NCBI GenBank assembly: GCA_038087875.1
Contig: CM075978.1
Location: forward strand, 175,274,001 to 175,338,000
Source of the DNA: Malacoraja senta
Lineage: Eukaryota
Direction of reading: 5' to 3'
Length of the DNA stretch: 64,000 bases
Shown: one piece after another, positions 11,600-22,815 of the stretch
Layout of the letters: each line of letters starts with the position of its first letter
How positions within the stretch are numbered: position 1 is the first letter of the stretch
Made by a program: the position numbers and the translations under genes
The notes under the pieces: generated by a model
Database searches by the model: none
Told to the model about the DNA's origin: nothing
What the model saw: only the letters and a program-made list of their open reading frames with translations

Positions 11600-11825
11600 A
11601 CAGTGGTCATATATTCCCTCACAGATCTTTGCTTCTCCTTTGCTCGCTTTCAAGAGTGAGTTAGATTTAGCTGTTATGGCTAAGGGAATCAAGGGATATG
11701 GGGGAAAAGTCGAACGGGGTACTGATTTTGGATGATCAGCCATGATCATATTGAATGGCGGTGCTGGCTCAAAGGCACGAATGGCCTACCCCTGCACCTA
11801 TTTTCTATGTTTCTATGTCCTATGC
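11600..11825 (+). mobile_element. CR1 3' UTR fragment
   Basis: ..gatgatcagccatgatcatattgaatggcggtgc.. ending in a ttctatgtttctatgt tail. Confidence 0.8.
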
Positions 11826-13147
11826 TTCTTTGAACCCGGAGGCGTAGTCAGCCAATTTAAAAGCAAAGGTCCCAGTGCATTGTTTTAGGTCGTGAGTCAT
11901 TGATGTGGTAGGTTCTGGGATCAGTTCCACGTTCTTCTGGTGATGACTGGTGGTGACCAGTTAATGGAGAAGAGTTCAAGAACAGAACCAATAACAAGGA
12001 TGGCTGAAGCAAAGTGAATGCAGAATTGAATGTTAAATAATCTACAACCAAGCTTCGTCAGTGGTGCCAGCGCATGGTCCACCTTAATTTCTTTCCTGAA
12101 ATCCGCGACAACCTGACAATTCCAATCATTCTGCGTGATATAAAGAAAAGGTTTAGTGCACATGATAGAGGAACCAGAAAACATCCAGTCTACAGTCCAA
12201 GGATTTGTAATCTGGAACTAATTACCTTTTGAATTAAATTGCATCTGTGCAGCCAAGTACTGGCATTTACCTTCCAATTGGAAAATAAATCCATTCTGCT
12301 CATTGGTCGATTTTCAATATGCTGTTTCCCAAACAGCGTATACCATATATAACGTACGTAACGTTACTTGCCTGTGCTGGGCTGACTACGTCACATCCAC
12401 CTCTGCAAGCCACAGAATACTTAACTTAAGTAGATTAAGGTTAGCCCATTGTCGTTATATCTAATTGCTGGAGCACCCAATAACACTATGACAACACTAT
12501 TAGCAGGACAGTTGTGATTTGTGTTTCAATGGTTCAATTGTTCTTTATTTTCACGTATGCATTGCAGTGAAATTATTTTTGCACAACTCACACACACAGT
12601 CACCATGTTTTGGCGCCTGTTACAAAAAGACAAAGCCGGAAGTCCACATGCTGGATGCATAGGAGCGCACCCGATCCAGATAAGGCTAAGTGAGCCCCAA
12701 TCTGTTGCAGTGCCTCCTCCATTGCCCTTGACGGGTTTGGTCGTGAACCGACGTCCATCCCTTCGCCCGACCCGCGGGCGCTTCCCGCAGCTGACCTTGA
12801 TGGTTAGGGATGGGCAATGAAATGGGCCTTGCAGTGAATCAACAACATTTAAAATCAATGGGTAAAATTAATTATCGCAAATTTCTGGTCACGAGGAGAA
12901 TAGAATCAAATGCTTTTAATTCCTTTAATTCCACCCTTTGTTGCTATTAGGCTGTGGGCCGAGGAGCTTTTTTGTGCAGTTTCGTGACCCAACTCATGGA
13001 ACTACATGACATTTTCACATATTGTGTAAAAATATTATATAAATCATCCCTGAAACTCGTCAAGAACAAAATTTGCACATTTTTATTAAATTAGAGAAAA
13101 AACGGAAAATCTTCGGGTATTTTTAGTCCAATCAAAGCACGTTTACA

Positions 13148-13266
13148 GGAATAAGTTAGGTGGATGTTACTAAAAGTACATCTACTGCTGTCAGCAGCAG
13201 CCCATTTGCTTCATCAGCCTTTCAAGAAGTAGATGTACTTTTAGTAACATCCACCTAACTTGTTCC
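13148..13266. repeat. 39-bp inverted repeat with a 41-bp spacer
   Basis: 13148-13186 ggaataagttaggtggatgttactaaaagtacatctact versus the reverse complement of 13228-13266; 38/39 identical. Confidence 0.9.
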
Positions 13267-13479
13267 TTCCCTGCTCTCATGGTTCAGATGGATTAAAAAA
13301 AAACTGGGAGGCTTTTATTGTAAGAAAAGAAAACTTTTCTCCGCTAAAAGAACTCTGCAACTATGATTGAGCACGCCCAGGAGTGACAGAGGTCACATCA
13401 ATGGGTAACCTTTTTAACCTAATCTTACCTTCCACTAACCTAATATTAACCTTTTTTCACTCAGTTTTATTCCACCAGG

Positions 13480-13760
13480 GAGGTCTTACCTTCCACTACC
13501 TGCAACCTCCGGTAACCACGTTCAACTAGCATCGCATCCGGCTTCGACTAAAAATGTACCTATTTTTAAAATGGCAACCTATTTTAAGTCGAGGCCGGTT
13601 TTGAATCTTTTGAAATAATCGCCGGAACATAGAAGAAGCGGTAACCACTTACGACCATTAGAGAGAGTGACAAAAACCTCCAGGAACCTCACGGAAACCT
13701 TGGGTGGGGCGCAAAGTCTCCAGAGGTTTCCGTTCAGGTTTCCTACGTGGGACAGGGGCT
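13480..13760. mobile_element. One end of a PIF/Harbinger-type non-autonomous element
   Basis: Ends ..gtgggacaggggct followed by TAA. The reverse complement agcccctgtcccac resembles the TIR of the 26369-28294 element; the partner end was not found. Confidence 0.55.
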
Positions 13761-13765
13761 TAAGG

Positions 13766-14386
13766 ATTTGAGTATAGGAGCAGGGAGGTTCTACTGCAGT
13801 TGTACAGGGTCTTGGTGAGACCACACCTGGAGTATTGCGTACAGTTTTGGTCTCCAAATCTGAGGAAGGACATTATTGCCATAGAGGGAGTGCAGAGAAG
13901 GTTCACCAGACTGATTCCTGGGATGTCAGGACTGTCTTATGAAGAAAGACTGGATAGACTTGGTTTATACTCTCTAGAATTTAGGAGATTGAGAGGGGAT
14001 CTTATAGAAACGTACAAAATTCTTAAGGGGTTGGACAGGCTAGATGCAGGAAGATTGCTCCCGATGTTGGGGAAGTCCAGGACAAGGGGTCACAGCTTAA
14101 GGATAAGGGGGAAATCCTTTAAAACTGAGATGAGAAGAACTTTTTTCACACAGAGAGTGGTGAATCTCTGGAACTCTCTGCCACAGAGGGTAGTCGAGGC
14201 CAGTTCATTGGCTATATTTAAGAGGGAGCTAGATGTGGCCCTTGTGGCTAAAGGGATCAGAGGGTATGGAGAGAAGGCAGGTACGGGATACTGAGTTGGA
14301 TGATCAGCCATGATCATATTGAATGGCGGTGCAGGCTCGAAGGGCCGAATGGCCTACTCCTGCACCTAATTTCTATGTTTCTATGT
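13766..14386 (+). mobile_element. Young CR1 3' fragment
   Basis: Open ORF 13800-14294 (RPHLEYCVQFWSP..FFTQRVVNLWNSLP) with a ttctatgtttctatgt tail, flanked by TAAGG at 13761-13765 and 14387-14391 (possible TSD). Confidence 0.95.
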
Positions 14387-14391
14387 TAAGG

Positions 14392-16994
14392 GTAAAAATA
14401 CCCTAATGGCACTTATCTACAGGCCCCCAAACAGTAGCCTGGACATTGGGTGCAAGTTGAATCAGGAGTTAAAATTGGCATGTAGCAAAGGTAATGCTGT
14501 GTTGTTATGGGAGATTTCAACTTGCAGGTAGACTGAAAAAAATCAGGTTGGTACTGGACCCCAAGAAAGGGACTTTGTTGAATGCCTTTGTGATGGATTC
14601 TTAGAGCAGCTTGTATTGGAGCCTACCAGGGAGAAGGCAATTCTGGATTTAGTGTTATGTAATGAACCGGATTTGATAAAGGAACTTGAGGTTAACGAGC
14701 CATTTGGAGGTAGTGACCATAACATGGTCAGGTTTAATCTACAATTGGAGAGGGAGAAGGGTAGATCAGAGGTGTCAGTGTTACAGTTGAATAAAGGGGA
14801 CTATGGGGCCATGAAGAGGAGCTGGCCAAAGTTAACGGGAAAGATACCCTAGCAGGGATGACAGTGGAACAACAATGGCAGGTATTTCCAGGAATAATGC
14901 AGAAGGTGCAGGATCAGTTCATTCCTAGGAGGAAGAAAGATTCCAAGGGGAGTAATGGGGTGACCGTGGCTGACAAGGGACATCAGGGACAGTATAAAAA
15001 TAAAAGAGAAGAAGTACAACATAGCATAGATGAGCTGGAAGCAAGAGGATTGGGTAATGTTTAAAGAGCAACAGAAGATAACTAAAAAGACAATACGGGG
15101 AGAAATGATGAGGTACGAAGGTAAGCTAGCCAAGAATATAATGGCGGATAGTAAAAGCTTCTTTAGATATGTGAAGAGGAAAAAATTAGTTAAGACCAAA
15201 GTTGGACCCTTGAAGACCGAAAAAGGTGAATTTATTATGGGGAGCAAGGAAATGGCAGATGAGTTCAACAGGTACTTTGGATCTTCAGGTCTTCACTAAG
15301 GAGGACACAAATAATCTTCCTGATATAGTAGTGCCCAGAGGATCTGGGGTGATGGAGGAACTGAAGGAAATGGTGTTGGGTAGACTGATGGGACTGAAGG
15401 CCGATAAATCCCCAGGGCCTGATGGTCTGCATCCCAGGGTACTTAAGGAAGTGGGTCTAGAAATCGTGGATGCATTGGTGATAATTTTCCAATGTTCTAT
15501 AGATTGAGGATCAGTTCCTGTGGATTGGAGGGTAGCTAATGTTATCCCACTTTTTAAGAAAGGCGGGAGAGAGAAAACAGGGAATTATAGACCAGTCAGC
15601 CTGACATCGGTGGTGGGGAAGATGCTGGAGTCAATTAAAAGATGAAATAGCCGCACATTTGGATAGAAGTAACAGGATCGGTCCGAGTCAGCATGGATTT
15701 ACGAAGGGGAAATCATGCTTGACGAATCTTCTGAAATTTTTTGAAGATGTAACTAGGAAAATGGACAAGGGGGAGCCAGTGGATGTAGTGTACCTGGACT
15801 TTCAGAAAGCATTTGATAAGGTCCCACATAGGAGATTAGTGTGTAAAATTATGGCACATGGTAGAGTGCTGCTGACATGAATAGAAAATTGGTTGGCAGA
15901 CAGGAAACAAAGAGTAGGGATTAACAGGTCCCTTTCAGAATGGCACGCAGTGACTAGTGGGGTACCGCATGGCTCGGTTCTGGGACCGCAGCTATTTACA
16001 ATATACATCAATGATTTGGATGAAGGGATTCAAAGTAACATTAGCAAATTTGCAGATGACACAAAGCTGGGTGGCAGTGTGAACTGTGAGGAGGATGCTA
16101 TGAGAATGCAGGGTGACTTGGACAGGTTGGGGGAGATGAAGTTTAATGTGGAAAAATGTGAGGTTATCCACTTTGGTATCAAAAACAGGAATGCAGATTA
16201 CTATCTAAATAGCGTCAAGTTGGGAAAAGGGGAAGTACAATGGGATCTGGGGGGGTCCTTGTTCATCAGTCTATGAAAGTAAGTATGCAGGTACAGCAGG
16301 CAGTGAAGAAAGCGAATGGCATGTTAGCCTTTATATCATGAGGAGTCAAGTATCGGAGCAAAGAGGTCCTTCTGCAGTTGCACTGGGCCCTAGTGAGACC
16401 ACACCTGGAGTATTGTGTGCAGTTTTTGTCCCCTAATTTGAGGAAGGACATTCTTGCTATTGAGGGAGTGCAGCGTAGGTTTACAAGGTTAATTCCCGGG
16501 ATGGCGGGACTGTCAAATGCTAAGAGAATGGAGCAGCTGGGCTTGTACACTCTGGAGTTTAGAAGAATGAGAGGGGATCTTATTGAAACGTAGAAGATTG
16601 TTAAGGGTTTGGACACGCTAGAGGCAGGAAACATGTTCCCGATGTTGGGGGAGTCCAGAACCAGGGGCCACAGTTTAAGAATAAGGGGTAAGCCAATTAG
16701 AATGGAAATGAGGAAACACTTTTTCTCACAGAGAGTTGTGAGTCTGTGGAATTCTCTGCCTCAGAAGGCAGTGGAGGCCGGTTCTCTGGATACTTTCAAG
16801 AGAGAGCTAGAGGTGAGGGAGGAATAAAGGAGAGGTGAGGGAGGATAGCTCTTAAAGATAGCAGAGTCAGGGGATATGGGGAGAAGGCAGGAACGGGGTA
16901 CTGATTGGGGATGATCAGCCATGATCACATTGAATGCCGGTGCTGGCTTGAAAGGCCGAATAGCCTACTCCTGCACCTATTGTCTATTGTCTAT
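14392..16994 (+). mobile_element. CR1 LINE ORF2 pseudogene (end of APE endonuclease through RT and 3' tail)
   Basis: ILDLVLCNEP..GGSDHNMVRF (endonuclease), YLDFQKAFDKVPH, KFADDTK and RPHLEYC; many stops and frameshifts; (ctattgt)n tail. Confidence 0.93.
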
Positions 16995-17931
16995 TCCCCA
17001 CTTCCTACCTCCCCCACTTCCCCCCTTCTCTACTCCCCCTTCTCTCCCTCCTCACCTCCACCCTCTTTTCCTTCTCCTCCTACCCTCCCCAATTCCTCCT
17101 TCACCTCTCCTTTCCCCTACCCTTAGTCACTCCCACCCTCCCTCCCTCCCTCCATTTCTCCCTCCATAACTCCTCCCCATCCCTACTTCCCTTCTCTCCC
17201 TCTATCCCCTCTCCTCCCCCAATCTCCCTCCCCACGATCTCGAGGTTGCTGCTCCTCTCCCTTCTTGCGTGCCCCGGAGGAGCATCAGCCATTGGCGTGG
17301 ACCCTCGCCTTGGCCCAGAAGCACCAGCAACTACGGCCAAGCAGGCGTCTGGGGGGAGGGGGGGGATGGAGAGCTCGGAGAAAAGACAGTGGAAGAGCCA
17401 TGGGGGAGAGGGGAGTATCACGGGGGAGGGGGACAGGAGCCAGCGAGGAGGACCAGAGGGGAAGTGGCTGGAGCTGCAGGGCATTATGATGGTGGTGCGT
17501 TATGATGGCGGTGCGTTTGGGACTCACAGTGCGCACTGGATGCTATCCTCCGCCGGGATCAGATTCTCCGCTTTCCGTTTGGCGACATCTCCCGGTCCGG
17601 GCCAGGCCGGGCCGCTTCCGGTCCCTCCGAAAATTATGTCCGGATCAAGACTTCCGCCGGCCACCCACAGCGTCCCTCAGCTCCAGTAAAGATGCAATGG
17701 TGCAGGAAGGGGCGGACCGTCCCAGAGAGTGACAGGAGAAGAGACTAATTTTAAGACTTTAAACCTCGCTAACTTTTACAATAAACCACCGATCGGAACG
17801 AAACCTGTTGCACTCGCAACACAGGAGAACGGTGAGTGAGGTGGCAAAAAATCGTAGTGCTATAGCGTACCGTTTTTGCGCAAATAGAAAAAACACGCAA
17901 ACTGGAAGAGCACAAGATCAGAGTTTTAGTT
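16995..17931 (-). mobile_element. Probable Helitron-like non-autonomous element, 5' end abutting the gap
   Basis: The minus strand starts aactaaaactctgatcttgtgctcttcc..aaaaacggtacgctatagc..ccgatcgg, then a GC-rich and a purine-rich interior. This resembles Helitron 5' ends, but no CTAG 3' end is visible, so the class call is tentative. Confidence 0.4.
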
Positions 17932-18098
17932 NNNNNNNNNNNNNNNNNNNNNNNNNNNNNNNNNNNNNNNNNNNNNNNNNNNNNNNNNNNNNNNNNNNNN
18001 NNNNNNNNNNNNNNNNNNNNNNNNNNNNNNNNNNNNNNNNNNNNNNNNNNNNNNNNNNNNNNNNNNNNNNNNNNNNNNNNNNNNNNNNNNNNNNNNNN
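17932..18098. other. Assembly gap (167 N)
   Basis: Run of N. Confidence 1.
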
Positions 18099-18759
18099 AA
18101 ACAGCTGTCTTAGTGTCTCCCCATACCATTCAACCTCTTGTAATTCAAATGTCCATCAGCCACACTTCCAGCATTAGCCATGACAGAGGATTTTATCGCA
18201 GAAGAGAGAAAATAGGGAGCTATTGTCCAGTTAGCTACACTTTACCTAACAGAGCACAATGAACATGGCAATAAAAAGTAACAATGGTTATCATTTTATC
18301 TGATCAAACTAAATTTATTAGAAGTAAGAACTCATGGTATTAGAGATGATTAATGAAAGATCAAATGTCAGAGCACAAGAATATTTTCGGAATTTCATAT
18401 TTGCAGACTTTGCAGAGATGTGTGACACTACAATCTGCATTGTGGTCTACAAACATATCCCAACCTACTGGTGATAGAGACCAGAGCCACAAAGGAGCCA
18501 AGGCTTTAGGAAGCAAAAAATTTGGACAATGTTGAAAGGCAAAACACGGTAGATGAAGCATATTGTGGGAACATTTTATTTTGATACGAAGAATAGAACA
18601 ACTCATTCTTTGGAAAAGATAATATTTGAAGCCAATGAATTTGGCCCAGTCTTTATGTATGAACATAATTTTGCATTCAATTTTAGCCGACCTTGGTTAC
18701 GTCCGGGGAAAGCCCTACCCATTGGGAAAATATAACGGACATTTCCCTGTGCAACTTAG

Positions 18760-20110
18760 AAACATGAAACAGTAGAGCACAAGAACAAACCCCACGGGAC
18801 ACACTGACTGTGGCAAGCGTGATGCCAAGATTGTCTCTTATCCACCTGTGCACATTTCTTATCCCTCCATTACCTGCACATCCATATGCCTGCCCAAAAG
18901 CATCTTAAATCCTACTATCATATCTGCCTCACCCAACAACACTGACGATGCATTCCAGACACTCACCACCCTCTGTGTAGAAAACATATATCCTTTGCAC
19001 TTCACCGTTTGCACCTTAAAGCTATGCCGTCTAGGTTTTTTTTCCATCCTGAGAAAAAGGTCTGCCTAACCTATCTGTGCCTCTCATAATTTTGTATACT
19101 TCTATCAAGTAGCCCTGTAATCTCTGGCACTACAGGGAAAACAATCCAAGTCTGCCTATCCTCTCCCTAATACCACCTAATCCAGGCAACATTCTGGTAA
19201 ACCTCCTCTGCACCCTTTCCAAAGCCTCCACATCCTTCCTGTAGCTTGACCAGAACTGCACACAATATTCCAAATGTGGTCTAATCAAAGTCCTATAAAA
19301 CTGCATCATGACACCCTGAGTCTTATACTGAATGCATCAACCTATGAATGCAAGCATCATACCAATCTATCTAATTGTGTTGCCACTTTTGGCGTGCTAC
19401 GGATGGACCCCAATATCCCTCAGTAGATCAACACTGTTGAGGGTCATGCCATTAATTTTTTTTTTCCCCTTATATTTGTAAAGTGCATCACCTTGCACTT
19501 ACTTAGATTAAACTCTATCTGCCATTTCTCCCCCCATTTCTACAGCTGATCTATATCCCACTGTATACATTGACAGCCTTTCTCACAGTCTGTGATGCCA
19601 GCAATCTTGGTGTCATCTGCAAACATTATTTACCAACTCATTTAGTGTACGTGTTAAAGAAGGAACTGCAGATGCTGGAAAAGCGAAGGTACACAAAAAT
19701 GCTGGAGAAACTCAGCAGGTGCAGCAGCATCTATGGAGCGAAGGAGATAGGCAACGCTTCGGGCCGAAACCCTTCTTCAGACTGCTGTCTCCGGAGGGAG
19801 GAGGAGAACTTCTTCAAAGTAGGCATACCTTGAGGGGATTTCGCAGAGGAGTAGACAACGTGTTAAAGAAGGAACTGCAGATGCTGGAAAATCGAAGGTA
19901 CACAAAAATGCTGGAGAAACTCAGCGGGTGCGGCAGCATCTATGGAGCGAAGGAGATAGGCAACGTTTCGGGCCGAAACCCTTCTTCAGACTGGTGTACG
20001 TATTTAGTGTACGTATATGTCCAAGTCATTTATATGTATCACAAATGGCAGAGGTCCTGACAAAGACCCATGTGAACTCCACTGGTCAGAGATCTCTAGC
20101 CTGAATGTTA
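18760..20110 (-). mobile_element. Old CR1 fragment interrupted by a Penelope-like insertion
   Basis: Reverse-complement CR1 RT/3' UTR similarity on both sides of 19653-20001. Confidence 0.7.
19653..20001 (-). mobile_element. Tandem Penelope-like terminal repeats (209-nt period), each with a hammerhead-like motif, and a 13-bp TSD
   Basis: Direct copies are offset by 209 nt (gcaacg at 19751 and 19960). ATTTAGTGTACGT flanks the insertion at 19640-19652 and 20002-20014. Confidence 0.8.
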
Positions 20111-21257
20111 CGCTTTACCACAAGATAACGTTTCTGAGGAAACATGGCGTTTAAAACTTTACATCAAATTTTTACATTTACAGAAAATTTTCAAAATTTA
20201 CATTCCTTTCCTAAATGTTCGAACAGATTACCAAGCCATTTAAATGCCTGTGGAAGTTCTTAAATTATTTGGAAACTAGCTATGAGGTTAGATAAACTTG
20301 GATTATTTTCCCTGGATTATCAGAACATGGTGCCAGGGGAAATGGGAGAAGCCGAAATGATCACCCAGTTTAAAAGGCATTTAGACAGGCATATGAACAG
20401 GCACAGAATGGAGTGATATGACCATGTACAGGCAGCTGGGATTAGTTTGAATTGATATCATTGTCTGTGCAGACATTGTAGGCTGAATGTACTGTTCCTG
20501 TGCTGAACTATGTTCTATGTAAAGTGCAGGCATTTGTTAATCTCCTCTGAATTTACTGAGCAGTGCAAGCTGACTGCGGGCTTGTCAATAGTTATGGGAG
20601 GGTAGAATCTGCTTCCAAACACACCATCTGATGCTTCCTTTGATGTTCTGATAATCCAGGGAAAACAATTATATTTTACCGTGAACATCTACAGATACAA
20701 GAAAGTTAAAATAACAACTGAAAACGCTGGAAATGTTTTCAGCATTTCTGTTTGTATTTCCTTCATGCTGCTGGGACGGTCATCTCGGAGAGCCTCCATG
20801 CTGAGGATGCAGTCAAACACTTCCAGCAAATTGCTGCTGTGGGAAATATAAAGACTTAATATATTGCAGAATTCAGGGTGGACGATTGCAAAATCCACAA
20901 TCTCTATAATCTCCAATTTTTTTACACTACAATTGTTACGCTCTATCATTTATGTATGATTTATTTAGTTCTAGTATGATTTCACTCGATCGTATGCAAA
21001 ATAGAGCATTTCATGGAATCTAGGGATACATGACAATAAAATAACTATTGACCTTTTGAACTAATGGAAAAATGGAGCGCATCCATGAACAAATAACAAG
21101 CAAATAATCTGAGGACAGAGTATGTGAGTTAGCAAGGTGGAGCTGTGTGTATTCAGAACACTTATCTGGGCACAAAGGACTGGAAATGCTGATTTGCAAA
21201 AAAAAATAAAAAATGCTGGAGTAACGCAACTGGACAGGCAGCATCTCTGGAGAACAC

Positions 21258-21570
21258 AGTGGTGGCATGGTGGCACAGCGGTAGAGTTGCTGCCTTACAG
21301 TGCCAGAGACCCGGGTTTGATTCTGATTATGGGTGCTGTCTGTACGGAGTTTGTATATTCTACCCGTGACTGAGTGGGTTTTCTCCAAGATTTTCGGTTT
21401 CTTCCCACACTCCAAAGACATATAGGTTTTTAGGTTAATTGACTTTGTTATAAATGTAAACTAAATTGTCCTCATGTGTGTAGCGTGGTGTTAACATGCT
21501 GGGATTGCTGGTCAGTGCGGACTTGGTGGGCTGATGGGCTTCTTTCCACGCTGTATCTCTAAACTAAACA
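21258..21570 (+). mobile_element. HE1-type V-SINE
   Basis: tRNA-like head (ggtggcacagcggtag..gggtttgattc), V-domain body, and a CR1-derived tail ending tgtatctctaaactaaac. Confidence 0.85.
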
Positions 21571-22054
21571 AAACATGAGTAGGCAACGTTTCGAGTTGGA
21601 ACGCATCTTCGGAGTGATTGTAGTAGGGGGATACATCTGGAAGTGAGGTATGGGCAGGACAAAGTCTGGCAAGTGATAGGCTGATAATCGTGAGATGGTT
21701 GGACAAAATTCAGAGATTAAAAATTGAAGGCTGTGAGATGAGAGATGTGAAACGTAAATCCAGAGGAGTGGAATCCTTCTGCCTTTTCGCTCCTCTCTTC
21801 CCTGCGAACCATTTGCACACCAATTTCTCCCACAATCCTCCCCCCTTTACCCAGCCCCTTCAACCTGTGTCCTTTCCTCCAGCTTCACATTTCACACGCC
21901 AATTTAGACCTCAAATTTCCCCATTGTCGTTTAAATGGATCGCTCGTGCAGCCGCATGCCAGTCTCCCCATTCCCATCATATAGTGGTAGGAGTAATTCG
22001 GAGACTACTGCTCTTGAATTCCTGTGCTAACCTTGTAATTTGAATATTACAAGA

Positions 22055-22815
22055 CATGCAGGTACAGCAAGCAGTGAAGAAAGCAAATGGCATGTTGGCC
22101 TTCATAGTGGGAGAATTTGAGTATAGGAGCAAGGAAGTCTTACTGCAGTTGTACAGGGCCCTGGTGAAACCATACCTGGAGTACTGTGTGCAGTTTTGGT
22201 CTCCTAATTTGAGGCAGGACATTCTTGCTATTGAAGATGTGCAGCGCAGGTTCACTAGGTTAATTCCCGGGAAGACGGGACTGGCATATGATGAAAGATT
22301 GGACCGACTAGGCTTATATTCACTGGAATTTAGAAGGATGAGAGGGCATCATATAGAAAAATATAAAATTCTTAAGAGATTGGACAAACTAGATGCAGCA
22401 AAAATGTTCCTGATATTGGGGAAGTCCAGAACCAGGGGTCACAGTTTAAGAATAAGGGGCAGGCTATTTAGGACTGAGATGAGGAAAAGCTTTTTCACCC
22501 AGGGAGTTGTGAATCTGTGGAATTATCTGCCACAGAAGGCAGTGGAGACCAATTCACTGGATGTTTTCCAGAGAGAGTTAGATATAGCTCTTAGGGCTAA
22601 ATGAATCAGGGGATATGGGGCAAAGCAGTAACGAGGTACTGATTTTGGATGATCAGCCATGATCACATTGAATGGCGGTGCTGGCTCGAAGGACCGAATG
22701 GCCTACTCCTGCACCTATTGTCTATTGACTATTGTCTATTGTCTATTGAATGGCGGAGTTGGCTCAAAGGGCTGAATGACCTACTCCTACACCTATTTTC
22801 TATGTTTCTATGTTA
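22055..22815 (+). mobile_element. CR1 3' fragment with a second 3' tail appended
   Basis: Open ORF 22056-22604 (KKANGMLAFI..HLEYCVQFW-like) and a (ctattgt)n tail, followed by a second UTR end with a ttctatgtttctatgtt tail. Confidence 0.92.

Noticed and set aside
17808-18129. ORFs spanning N runs (also 44552-45026 and 55218-55774)
   Set aside because: Artefacts of untranslatable gap sequence.
21258-21340. tRNA genes at SINE heads (also 40375, 46816, 51003, 63010, 63630)
   Set aside because: The A/B-box-like heads continue into V-SINE bodies and CR1-derived tails; there is no complete cloverleaf.
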